Under the pieces are notes generated by a model that searched no databases, had not been told where the DNA came from, and saw only the letters and a list, made by a program, of their open reading frames with translations. The position numbers were made by a program, and so were the translations under genes. From a virus, in IMG/VR virus record IMGVR_UViG_3300045988_033140, positions 41,447-105,446 of that record: 64,000 nt of DNA; one strand, given 5' to 3'. How positions within the stretch are numbered: the stretch's first letter is position 1; every line of letters starts with the position of its first letter. Positions 41,157 through 49,500 of this stretch are shown here, in pieces.

Positions 41157-42653
41157 TTACTCCTTATTAGAGGAGTCTGCCAACTTGCCACCGAGAAAAC
41201 CGGTGAGCAAGGTTTTCACATCAATACCGAGGGATTCACTCAGTCCCTCAGAAACCTGAGCGACATTCTTGATAATGTTGCCAGACAGTTTGCTGGTGTC
41301 ATCACCAAACATTACAATCTTGTCAACATTGGTGTACGCCTGACCGGTAGCCTGAGCAATAGCAGGCAACTGCTGGAAGTACAGCTTGAGGGCTTCCATC
41401 TGCATATCCATCTTGGCAGCTTCGCCATACTGCTTCATGGCTTCTGCCTTCTTCATAAGGCCTTCAGCTTCTGCCTCAGCCTTAGCCTGAATCGCGGCAG
41501 CCTCAGCTTCACCACGAGCCTTAGTAGCCGCAGCTTCTGCTTCGCCCTGAACACGAACAGCCTCAGCTGTAGCACGCTGGGCTTCAGCTCTCTGCTCTGC
41601 TTCAAAACGCTCGGCTTCAGCGGTTTTCTGACGCTCATATAGGTCTGCTTCAGACTGCTTCTGAGTAGCGTATAGCTTAGCATCAGCTTCCTGCTGAGCC
41701 GCATACTTCTTGGCTTCCGCAGTCTTCTTAACCTCGGCCTCCAAAGCACGCTCTTTAATGGCGACTTCGCGCTCCTTCAGGTCAATCTCCTTTTCCTGAC
41801 GAGCAATGTCAGCATCTGCCGCGGCCACATCGCGCAGTTTACGCTGGTTCTCAGATTCGATTTCCATAGCAGCGTTAGCCTGAGCCTGCTTGGTATCCGC
41901 CTCCTGCTTCAACTGAGCCTTCTGAATAGCCAGACTGTTATTACGCTTGGCAATCTCTTCCTCAGCCTTCACGCGGGCATCATTAGAAGCCTTAGCGTTT
42001 TCAGCCTCGGCCACTGCGATCTCGCGCTGGGCGTTAGACTTAGCAATTGCGGCGTCCTTGCGGATCTGCTCGACGTTATCAATACCGAGATTGGTGATAA
42101 CATCATTGTCATCAGAGAAGTTCTGGACATTGAAAGAAACCAGCTCCAGACCAAAACGAGCCAGGTCAGGTACAGCATTTTCCTGTACCTTTTCGGAGAA
42201 GGCCTTGCGGTCGCCGACCATTTCAGTTAGCTTCATCTGGCCCACAATCTCACGAATATTGCCTTCCAAAAGATCGTTAATCTTCTGTGCGATCTGATCG
42301 CGAGAGACATTTAGGAAGTTCTGAGCAGCAAGAGCAATCATCTCTTCACTCTGACCCACGCGTACAGAAACGGTAGAATCGACTCGCACATTGATGTATT
42401 CAGCCGTCGGCACGGCAGAGCCAGTCTTAACATCAATCTGAATGGCTCCTAGTGCCAGCTTATCCAGTCGCTCCAAGAAGGGAATCTTGATGCCAGCCTT
42501 ACCGACCAAAATACGAGGTTTCTTGTGCAGACCAGAAATGATATAGGCAACATCAGGTGGAGCCTTTACATAACCAGAAGCCAAGAGGGCGATAAGAGCA
42601 ATAGCAATAATCACCACAGGAACAAAAGGAAGAATAGTCATCAAAATTTCCAT
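41157..42653 (-). CDS. SPFH/band-7 (flotillin/YqiK-like) membrane protein; GC-richer than average
   Basis: N-terminal TM, SPFH core, and a long Ala/Glu/Lys/Gln-rich coiled-coil C-terminal half. 498 aa. Confidence 0.7.
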   Translation of the reverse strand: MEILMTILPFVPVVIIAIALIALLASGYVKAPPDVAYIISGLHKKPRILVGKAGIKIPFLERLDKLALGAIQIDVKTGSAVPTAEYINVRVDSTVSVRVGQSEEMIALAAQNFLNVSRDQIAQKINDLLEGNIREIVGQMKLTEMVGDRKAFSEKVQENAVPDLARFGLELVSFNVQNFSDDNDVITNLGIDNVEQIRKDAAIAKSNAQREIAVAEAENAKASNDARVKAEEEIAKRNNSLAIQKAQLKQEADTKQAQANAAMEIESENQRKLRDVAAADADIARQEKEIDLKEREVAIKERALEAEVKKTAEAKKYAAQQEADAKLYATQKQSEADLYERQKTAEAERFEAEQRAEAQRATAEAVRVQGEAEAAATKARGEAEAAAIQAKAEAEAEGLMKKAEAMKQYGEAAKMDMQMEALKLYFQQLPAIAQATGQAYTNVDKIVMFGDDTSKLSGNIIKNVAQVSEGLSESLGIDVKTLLTGFLGGKLADSSNKE

Positions 42654-42711
42654 GTGTTACTCCTTAATATATATTAAATTGTTTATTCATAAATCAATGC
42701 GTTAGCATTGT

Positions 42712-43398
42712 TTATCCATAGTAGCCTCCATCGGGAGGATCTCGCTTATAAGATTTACAAAACTCAGGGACACCGCCACAATTAGGATAGGTATACATAC
42801 ACTTATCGCATCTTATGATAGGGCTTGACTCTTCAATCTATAGCTGCGCCTTACACTCCTCAACCTTTTCATTCATTTCCTTGATAACATCATCAAGAAG
42901 AACAGGATAACATTCATGAGAGTCAACTCCCACATGGTACATAAATGGAATTTCATTGTAGAAGTTGGAGGTCTGATGGGTATGACCAAAAAGATTACAA
43001 GTCACCTGCTTGAGAGACTCTTTCTCAAGGTTGCCGGTCAAAGTAGGATAATGAGAAGCATAGAAATGATACTTGCGGTAGGTAAAAGCGTAAGCATCAA
43101 ATACAGGAATACCAGCCTTAAGATAGGCTTCTCTACGATTAGGGGTATCATGGTTACCACCAACCACGAGCTTAAGACCATTCATGCGATTGAGCAAAGC
43201 AAGTCCTTCTTCGAGCTTATCAGCCCCACCAAGCATGAGGTCGCCGCAGATAATAAGTGTATCTTCCGGTGCCACACACTCATTATTCTTCTTTACGATA
43301 GTTTCATTCATCTCTTCAACGCTTTCAAAACCACGGGCTTTCCAGATGAACTCCTTATCGTGATTGAAGTGATAGTCGCTAGAAATCCAAATATTCAT
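42712..43398 (-). CDS. Calcineurin-like metallophosphoesterase with a C-terminal Cys-rich tail reached through 1 in-frame TAG
   Basis: Metallophosphoesterase motifs (DYHF, GDLMLGG, GNHD, FGHTH). The track ORF ends in TAG. The frame continues ..ECKAQL[Q]IEESSPIIRCDKCMYTYPNCGGVPEFCKSY.. to TAA. Confidence 0.6.
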
Positions 43399-43412
43399 TT
43401 TATCACCCTCTC

Positions 43413-43916
43413 TTAATGGTGCACACGCACCTCGATATTAGAAAATCCCCAATTGGTTTTAGGAAACTCTTTTTCAGTAGGAATAGAAAATCCCTTCTTC
43501 ATCTTCTTAATTGCGGAATCGGTGATTCTGGCAACGCCAGTCCGCTGAGCATTACGCTCAAGAGCGGTTTCGACAGGGACATCAATGACTTCAAAGGTCA
43601 ATTTGGTATGCGGATCTGCGATCAACCGACCAAGGAGCTTTGCACGAGAAGCGGGGCTAATATGAGTCGCATCCGCAAACACAACATCAATACCAAGTTC
43701 CATAGCTTCGTTAATCTGTCGGACAAATTCGTCGAATACTTCAACTTCTTTGTCAAAGTAGCTATCACGATCGGTCAAAATGGACTGCCGCACGAAATCT
43801 CTAGAGACTACGCAAGTGGTGCGATGTTCTTCTTCGATTCGTTCTACCTCTTGCTTCACCCAAGTAGATTTTCCGCTACCGGGTACTCCAACCATGACTT
43901 TTAGTTCAGTTGTCAT
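43413..43916 (-). CDS. P-loop polynucleotide kinase-like protein (T4 Pnk / PnkP kinase-domain-like)
   Basis: GVPGSGKST Walker A in a 167-aa kinase-fold protein. It is adjacent to the calcineurin-type phosphoesterase, a split Pnkp-like arrangement. Confidence 0.5.
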   Translation of the reverse strand: MTTELKVMVGVPGSGKSTWVKQEVERIEEEHRTTCVVSRDFVRQSILTDRDSYFDKEVEVFDEFVRQINEAMELGIDVVFADATHISPASRAKLLGRLIADPHTKLTFEVIDVPVETALERNAQRTGVARITDSAIKKMKKGFSIPTEKEFPKTNWGFSNIEVRVHH

Positions 43917-44179
43917 TATCTTAACCTCCGTTCGACTTCAGCCATCACCCAAGCAATATCTTCATCAGATACCTCGGTTTCAAACTGAATAGAGCAATTT
44001 TCACCTTTTACTCTTGCTTCAATGAGCAAATTAACAGCATCTTCAAGGTCCTGCTGATGCTCTATAAAAGGAGAAAAAGCTCGATTCTCTTGAGCACAAG
44101 AACATGGGACAGGAGACCAAAGGTCGGACTTGCATCTTGGACTATCGTGATAACCTAACATACCATGCGAATGAGTCAT
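43916..44179 (-). CDS. Hypothetical Cys/His-containing protein (87 aa)
   Basis: Intact ORF. Stop overlaps the kinase start. Confidence 0.4.
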   Translation of the reverse strand: MTHSHGMLGYHDSPRCKSDLWSPVPCSCAQENRAFSPFIEHQQDLEDAVNLLIEARVKGENCSIQFETEVSDEDIAWVMAEVERRLR

Positions 44180-44334
44180 TACTTTTCCTCCTGTTCAATA
44201 AACTGCTGAATGATAGCCATTGATTTTTCAATGTCATTTAGCTCGTCATCAATGAATACGCCGCTCCAATCCAGACTATCAATAATACCATCAAGGGTTT
44301 CCAACGCTTTAACAGCGTCATTTTTAGTGACCAT
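44179..44334 (-). CDS. Hypothetical small acidic protein (51 aa)
   Basis: ATG after AAGGAAG. TAA overlaps the next ATG (TAATG). Confidence 0.3.
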   Translation of the reverse strand: MVTKNDAVKALETLDGIIDSLDWSGVFIDDELNDIEKSMAIIQQFIEQEEK

Positions 44335-44368
44335 ACTTCATAACTTCCTTTCTTAACTTTCTATATAT

Positions 44369-44397
44369 ATTATAATATATATTTATAAAAAAATCAA
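44369..44397 (-). promoter_or_regulatory. Sigma70-like promoter (TTGATT-17-TATAAT)
   Basis: The -10 is at 44369-74 and the -35 at 44392-97, minus strand. It sits immediately after the terminator hairpin at 44395..44430. Confidence 0.5.
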
Positions 44398-44430
44398 AAG
44401 GTTCTAAGAATTAGAACCTTTTGATTTTTA
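44395..44430. terminator. Terminator hairpin (CAAAAGGTTCTAA-gaa-TTAGAACCTTTTG + ATTTTT)
   Basis: Seen directly. Confidence 0.65.
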
Positions 44431-44431
44431 T

Positions 44432-44911
44432 TTAATTAGTTTGATCAGTAAAATAGACTTGTGAAAGTTCACCAATGTCCTCAATCTCGCAATCGTTTAT
44501 TTCAAATGGCCAATCTACCCATAAATCAATATGATTTTCTAAAAAATTTAATGGATCTTTCTTAAAAGTTTTATAATCTTCCTCAGATAGTTCAAGTTCT
44601 CCATGGTAATATCCGCCTCGTAAATAACCAGTAACCCAATCTACTTCTGCATCTATAGTAACTTTATGAGTTACCTCAATTGGATTGTCAAGAGAGATAT
44701 AATATTTTTTGCCATTGATTTTTTTCCAAAATGAATAATTACTCTTTGGATAGCCGACTTTTCTTTCTAGAATATCTTCCTTGGTATTAGACTGCAACAC
44801 AATGGCTGGGTTTTTACGCGGATCTTGACCAATTGGGTGGAAATCTACTCCATCCGCGCCGGTAATTTCAAACCATTCTTTCCATCCTGTTCCTTTTTGC
44901 CATTCAGCCAT
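44432..44911 (-). CDS. Hypothetical protein (about 159 aa)
   Basis: Start set at the ATG 8 nt after AGGAGG, which overlaps the Thg1-like stop. Confidence 0.4.
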   Translation of the reverse strand: MAEWQKGTGWKEWFEITGADGVDFHPIGQDPRKNPAIVLQSNTKEDILERKVGYPKSNYSFWKKINGKKYYISLDNPIEVTHKVTIDAEVDWVTGYLRGGYYHGELELSEEDYKTFKKDPLNFLENHIDLWVDWPFEINDCEIEDIGELSQVYFTDQTN

Positions 44912-44913
44912 TG

Positions 44914-45744
44914 TTATTCCTCCTGACATTGGATTAGAGATTCGATATACTCACGTCCCTCTCCGACAAATAGCGGAATATTTTTATCAATTTCCCAGCT
45001 AGAGCGAGTTACACCATCGGTCTCAGTTGTAACCTTGATGCAACAAGAACCATGCTTATACATAGGATGAAAGTCTTCCCAAGAAATCCCTTTCTCCGTG
45101 ATTAACATCTCTTTGATTTTCTCACAAGATTTACCTTGGAGTTCTTTGTGAGAGAAATTAGCCTGACCTACCATCTGAATAGAATTGCGGGTTGCATCTA
45201 GCTGACGCCAATAGACAAGGTTGGTGACCTCTTCCTTGGGGATATTGAAACAACGAGCATCAAACATGGCGCCCATTTGTGCTTTTACTGCATAAGTCTG
45301 GCCCAAATCATCTTGTGGGTAAGGGTTATCCATAGTCGCATGAGCGGCATAATAATCTAGATTCCTATGCCGAACTCCTTCATTAAATGCTTTGTTGAAA
45401 GCCATCGTTGCCATAGAAGCAGCGATAGAGCACATTTTCTGTACCTCGTAATCAAACCAAGCAGAGCTGTTGAGCCGCTTGTAATCAACAAGGATAAGAG
45501 TGATTTCATCACTTTGGGTATACCCTAATACGCACCCTTGAATGTTTTCACAGAGATATTTCATGGTATCCTGCATCGCACTAATCAGCACATCGTCAAA
45601 AGGCTTACTGAAACCACGGGTAAAGGTGTGGAAAGCTTTACCGTCAATGCGAATTGCAACTGGGGTACGGCGCATTAACTTAGTCTTAGGAACGCTTTCA
45701 TAGAACTCTTTCATCCGAGTTCCAAGTTCATCATAAATAGGCAT
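44914..45744 (-). CDS. Thg1-like protein (tRNA-His guanylyltransferase family, 3'-5' nucleotidyl transferase)
   Basis: VAIRIDGKAFHTFTRGF and GYTQSDEITLIL match Thg1 catalytic motifs. ATG 10 nt after AAGGAG. Confidence 0.75.
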   Translation of the reverse strand: MPIYDELGTRMKEFYESVPKTKLMRRTPVAIRIDGKAFHTFTRGFSKPFDDVLISAMQDTMKYLCENIQGCVLGYTQSDEITLILVDYKRLNSSAWFDYEVQKMCSIAASMATMAFNKAFNEGVRHRNLDYYAAHATMDNPYPQDDLGQTYAVKAQMGAMFDARCFNIPKEEVTNLVYWRQLDATRNSIQMVGQANFSHKELQGKSCEKIKEMLITEKGISWEDFHPMYKHGSCCIKVTTETDGVTRSSWEIDKNIPLFVGEGREYIESLIQCQEE

Positions 45745-45772
45745 TTTCAATCTTCTCCTTTCTTATACATAT

Positions 45773-45801
45773 ATTATATAATAAAATAATAAAAAAATCA
45801 A
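45773..45801 (-). promoter_or_regulatory. Sigma70-like promoter (TTGATT-17-TATAAT) fused to the terminator hairpin at 45799..45822
   Basis: Same unit as at 44369..44430. Confidence 0.5.
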
Positions 45802-45830
45802 GGGAGCTTTTTACTCCCTTGATTCTTCTT

Positions 45831-46094
45831 TTAATCCTTGCTCTTTCCGAGATTACTGGTCCTAAAATAGCTACCAATCCAACCGAGCGTACCGGCGCAA
45901 AGTGGAATCATATCCTTGGTAAACCAAGTTGTCTGGAACAAAGTATTTAGACCATCAGTGAGAATATTACCAATGGTAATAGAAGCCACTCATCCTCCGA
46001 AATAGCACAGCCAAAAAGAGATAAAGGGAAGAACGAGTACTGTTGCAATTATCAAAGCAATAGCTCCCAGAATAGCCAGAAAATCATCCATCAT
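45831..46094 (-). CDS. Small membrane protein with an internal in-frame TGA (codon 35), or two tiny ORFs
   Basis: ATGATG 9 nt after GGAG. It reads MMDDFLAILGAIALIIATVLVLPFISFWLCYFGG[TGA]VASITIGNILTDGLNTLFQTTWF.. to TAA. Continuous hydrophobic helices lie on both sides of the TGA. Confidence 0.25.
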
Positions 46095-46112
46095 AATAAT
46101 AAACTCCTTATA

Positions 46113-46394
46113 TTAAAATAAAACATCGCACTCAAACTGAACGCTATAGGCAGAACGAGGATGACTTTTACATCTATCAACCCACTCATAATGCCCCAAT
46201 ACAGCTTCTTCTCTAGTGGCATAACGTGCCACAATAACCATATTATGGTTTCCTCGCCAAACCGCGGTTTCATAACCTTGGTCTGCGGTCAGACAAGTGT
46301 CAATAGTATAATCATCAACCTGATCGCGCCCAATGAGATCGGAATCGTGATTGTTGTAAACAATACCAAATATTAAATCCATAAGATTATCCAT
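46113..46394 (-). CDS. Hypothetical protein (93 aa)
   Basis: Intact ORF. Confidence 0.4.
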   Translation of the reverse strand: MDNLMDLIFGIVYNNHDSDLIGRDQVDDYTIDTCLTADQGYETAVWRGNHNMVIVARYATREEAVLGHYEWVDRCKSHPRSAYSVQFECDVLF

Positions 46395-47118
46395 TGCGTT
46401 TCCTCTTTTCCTTCTTTTTCGTAGCTACATCAATAGTCTGTCGATGTACAGAGTAGATTTTTGAGGTAAGCCCATTCTTCATCAACTTATTTAGATTGAC
46501 TGGGCTGTAGTTAATTGCGTCAGAGCAAACATTTAGATGTCTGTCATCATTTTTGTGACGACGATCATGGACATGACCATGAATATTAAACACCCAAGGC
46601 ATCATAGGAAGAGGCTCATGGGAGAGAATGAGTTTTTCCCCAATCATGAGAGGTCCCTCATAGATCTCGTCAAATAGATTATTGTCCGCAAAGACTTCCC
46701 AATACTCAAAAGGGGAATGGAAGTCATACCCCTCGGTAATAGAATACTGACAACCGGGGTAGACGCGTTTCATTTCATCAAGAGCCTCAGATTTTTGAAA
46801 GACTTCTTTGGGGAACTTGCGAGAAATCTTTTTGCGCTCATAATTACTGCGGCCGGCGTCATGGTTCCCCATAATAAGTACCTTATAACCACGAAGTTTA
46901 GCGCACATAGCCGGGTCGCCGCAGTCTCCCAAGATAATCAGAACATCTTTCTTACCAACTTTGCTATTGATAAGTTTAACCTGCTCTTCATCGGAAGGAC
47001 GACCTGGAGTTCCAGCGGCGAGTTCTTTATCACCAAAATGAGGATCTGAATATACCCAAGTTGTCTGTCCATTCCATCTTTCGTTAAAGACTTTATACAG
47101 TCCGGGAATCATCACCAT
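46387..47118 (-). CDS. Calcineurin-like metallophosphoesterase
   Basis: DPHFGD, GDCGD and GNHD motifs. Confidence 0.65.
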   Translation of the reverse strand: MVMIPGLYKVFNERWNGQTTWVYSDPHFGDKELAAGTPGRPSDEEQVKLINSKVGKKDVLIILGDCGDPAMCAKLRGYKVLIMGNHDAGRSNYERKKISRKFPKEVFQKSEALDEMKRVYPGCQYSITEGYDFHSPFEYWEVFADNNLFDEIYEGPLMIGEKLILSHEPLPMMPWVFNIHGHVHDRRHKNDDRHLNVCSDAINYSPVNLNKLMKNGLTSKIYSVHRQTIDVATKKKEKRKRNG

Positions 47119-47855
47119 TCCTCCTTCTTAGAAAGGTCAATTGCGTCGGCAGCATTAAAGATATGTTCATCAAAGCTGTCTAAGTCTAACAATACAGTAT
47201 AACCAGTATACCAACTTGCACAATCCAAATCAACTTTGTGGTCTTGTGCATACCACCAAGCTCCACCATCCCAATCTGGAATTTCATCGCTCCAGTTATT
47301 TCGTTTTAACAGATATGGAATAGGAGTATGGCCGTGCACGCAAATTTCTTTATCACCAAAAATAGGCTCCTTAGAGTGCCAATGGCATCTATCCCAAAGT
47401 AAATCGTCGTCATTAGGGATAGCATCATCCTGCATTGGATTAAAGCCAGCATGACAGAGATGAATAGTGATTCCCTGTTCATTTACATATTTCTTATAGG
47501 TTGGTAGTTTCTTGAGATAATTCCACCAGCCAGTTTTCATTGGTTCTAAAAGCCAGTCAAGGAAAGTTTCTCCACCCCCATTTTGAGAAAGTAAAGCAAA
47601 GTTTTTCCCAAGTACTCCGCATCCTTCTCTCCGCACTTCATCTTCCATGGCTTTTACCAGCATATCTTCATGGTTGCCTTTAAGATAGATAAAACGCTTA
47701 TCTTGAGCAACTGCCTTGATAGTCTCCCAAGGATTTGGACCTCTATCTCCGGCATCGCCGAGAAAATAAACCGTATCATCGGGTTGTAAGAAATCCTGAA
47801 TCTGCTTCAGTAGATCCAATCTACCGTGCAAATCAGAGCACGCATATGTAGCCAT
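47112..47855 (-). CDS. Ser/Thr-protein-phosphatase-like metallophosphoesterase (lambda PPase / ApaH-like)
   Basis: DLHG, GDAGDRG and GNHE motifs. Confidence 0.7.
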   Translation of the reverse strand: MATYACSDLHGRLDLLKQIQDFLQPDDTVYFLGDAGDRGPNPWETIKAVAQDKRFIYLKGNHEDMLVKAMEDEVRREGCGVLGKNFALLSQNGGGETFLDWLLEPMKTGWWNYLKKLPTYKKYVNEQGITIHLCHAGFNPMQDDAIPNDDDLLWDRCHWHSKEPIFGDKEICVHGHTPIPYLLKRNNWSDEIPDWDGGAWWYAQDHKVDLDCASWYTGYTVLLDLDSFDEHIFNAADAIDLSKKEEW

Positions 47856-47992
47856 TATTCTTCCATCTCCTTTTCAATGATTTCAATAGCTTCTCGCAAA
47901 TCGTCAGCAAGACAAATTGGAGCTTCCCACTCATTAGCTTCTGCCCATTCAAGATCAAGCTTGAGATTCTCAAGTAGTGAAAATAAATCCAT
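47855..47992 (-). CDS. Hypothetical small acidic protein (45 aa)
   Basis: In-frame ATG to a TAA that overlaps the next ATG. Weak RBS. Confidence 0.25.
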   Translation of the reverse strand: MDLFSLLENLKLDLEWAEANEWEAPICLADDLREAIEIIEKEMEE

Positions 47993-48004
47993 TATATCCG
48001 TCCT

Positions 48005-48250
48005 TTAGTGTAACTTCATCAGATCAGAAAGATAGCACCAATCTTTGATATACTGAGGGAAAAACTCCATGTACTGCTCGCCAGAGTCTTCGATAAAATG
48101 GATATGTCCATCACGCCAAGTCTGCACAGAAACAATGGAGGCTTCAGGATAAGCATACCCACGAGTAGCCTCTTCATTGAGACGGATAAACACCTTACTG
48201 CCAGGCACAGGCAATTCACCATTCTTAATAGTATGGAACATTTCTTTCAT
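48005..48250 (-). CDS. Hypothetical protein (81 aa)
   Basis: Intact ORF immediately downstream of a promoter/terminator unit. Confidence 0.4.
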   Translation of the reverse strand: MKEMFHTIKNGELPVPGSKVFIRLNEEATRGYAYPEASIVSVQTWRDGHIHFIEDSGEQYMEFFPQYIKDWCYLSDLMKLH

Positions 48251-48277
48251 ACTCTTTCTCCCCTCTCTTATACATAT

Positions 48278-48306
48278 ATTATATAATATATTTTATAAAA
48301 AATAAA
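48278..48306 (-). promoter_or_regulatory. Sigma70-like promoter (TTTATT-17-TATAAT) fused to the terminator hairpin at 48304..48327
   Basis: Seen on the minus strand. Confidence 0.45.
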
Positions 48307-48325
48307 GAGAGCCGTAAGGCTCTCT

Positions 48326-49087
48326 TTATACCTCCCAATCGCGCGTTGAGTAATATCTAGGGCAAGAAGGCATCGGTTTTACCTTGTGGAGATTGCGCTT
48401 ATGTCGCTCTTCAATGTTTTTATAAACATCATAAGATGGATAATGTCCTTGCAGTAGGAAGTTATCGAGTTCATCATAGGTAAATCCAAGATTATCTTCA
48501 TCTGTCTTGCCACTAAGACCATCTTCTGGCGCTTTAAAGATAAACTCGTTAGGGATACCAAGTGCTTTGCCAATCTGCCGCACTTCTGAAACTGTATATT
48601 CAGATAGTACGGAGAAATCGCCAGCTGCGTCTCCGAACTTAGTGGAATAGCCAATAAAATCCTCGCTCTTATTACAAGTGTTTGCTACCCTGCCATGTTC
48701 ACGTGCGGCAATCGCGTAAAGGACGGCCATGCGGATGCGGGCTGGAGAATTAGAGGTAATCTGTGGAATGCTTTCGACCGAGCCTTCAAAATTATAGCCG
48801 ACGTCGATAGCATTATATAGAGATTTGCAAACTTCGTCGATATTAACCTCATAACTATCAATACCGAGATAGTCAATTACTTTATTGGCAACATCAATGT
48901 CATGCTGATTGCCCTGTGGCATTTTTACACCAATAACCCTATTCTTTCCGAGCGCTTTAACAAGCAGGGCCGCAGTTACGGTGCTATCTTTGCCACCAGA
49001 AATACCAATGATAGCTTTGCAATCTGGACCATTATTTACGAAGTAATCCTTAATCCAATTAGTGATATTGGTAATTACGTTCTCCAT
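48326..49087 (-). CDS. nadE: NH3-dependent NAD+ synthetase (NadE, PP-loop ATPase)
   Basis: PP-loop SGGKDS and typical length (253 aa). Confidence 0.7.
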   Translation of the reverse strand: MENVITNITNWIKDYFVNNGPDCKAIIGISGGKDSTVTAALLVKALGKNRVIGVKMPQGNQHDIDVANKVIDYLGIDSYEVNIDEVCKSLYNAIDVGYNFEGSVESIPQITSNSPARIRMAVLYAIAAREHGRVANTCNKSEDFIGYSTKFGDAAGDFSVLSEYTVSEVRQIGKALGIPNEFIFKAPEDGLSGKTDEDNLGFTYDELDNFLLQGHYPSYDVYKNIEERHKRNLHKVKPMPSCPRYYSTRDWEV

Positions 49088-49500
49088 GTTTTCAGTTCTC
49101 CTTCTGCTTCTAGTTTACTGTATAGCATATCTAATGCCGTGTAAGCGCTACCAAGTCCTGCTCTATCATCAAGCAAAATATTATAATACAGTTTTCTTGT
49201 TGGCTTACGCTTCTCAATCAGAACATCCTCATTGATTGCATCAAAAGGAATGTTATTCTGATTGAGATAATCTGCAATATATGGATATCGCTCTTCCTGA
49301 GAAGCACTAAATACCACGAGCTTAGCATAGGGCTGCCATTTCCGCAACATTTCACTTACACGCTCGTAAGTATAATCTTCGTCACGGAAATTATGAACCG
49401 TGTAATCAAAGTCGAAGGCGATAATAATATCACCATACCGCTTATATTCATCATAAAGTCTATCAACTACTCTATTGATGTCGAGGAATGGATCGTTCAT
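49075..49500 (-). CDS. Small HAD-like phosphatase/nucleotidase candidate
   Basis: HAD motif I FDFDYTV in a 141-aa protein. Confidence 0.35.
   Translation of the reverse strand: MNDPFLDINRVVDRLYDEYKRYGDIIIAFDFDYTVHNFRDEDYTYERVSEMLRKWQPYAKLVVFSASQEERYPYIADYLNQNNIPFDAINEDVLIEKRKPTRKLYYNILLDDRAGLGSAYTALDMLYSKLEAEGELKTWRT

Noticed and set aside
41453-42297. Track ORFs 41453..41749 (-), 41947..42297 (+) and 41969..42178 (-) inside the SPFH gene, and the repetitive Ala/Glu/Lys-rich stretch there
   Set aside because: They are alternative-frame or antisense ORFs produced by the biased composition of a GC-rich coiled-coil-coding region, and they lack RBSs. The repetitiveness is protein-level low complexity, not a DNA repeat element or CRISPR array.
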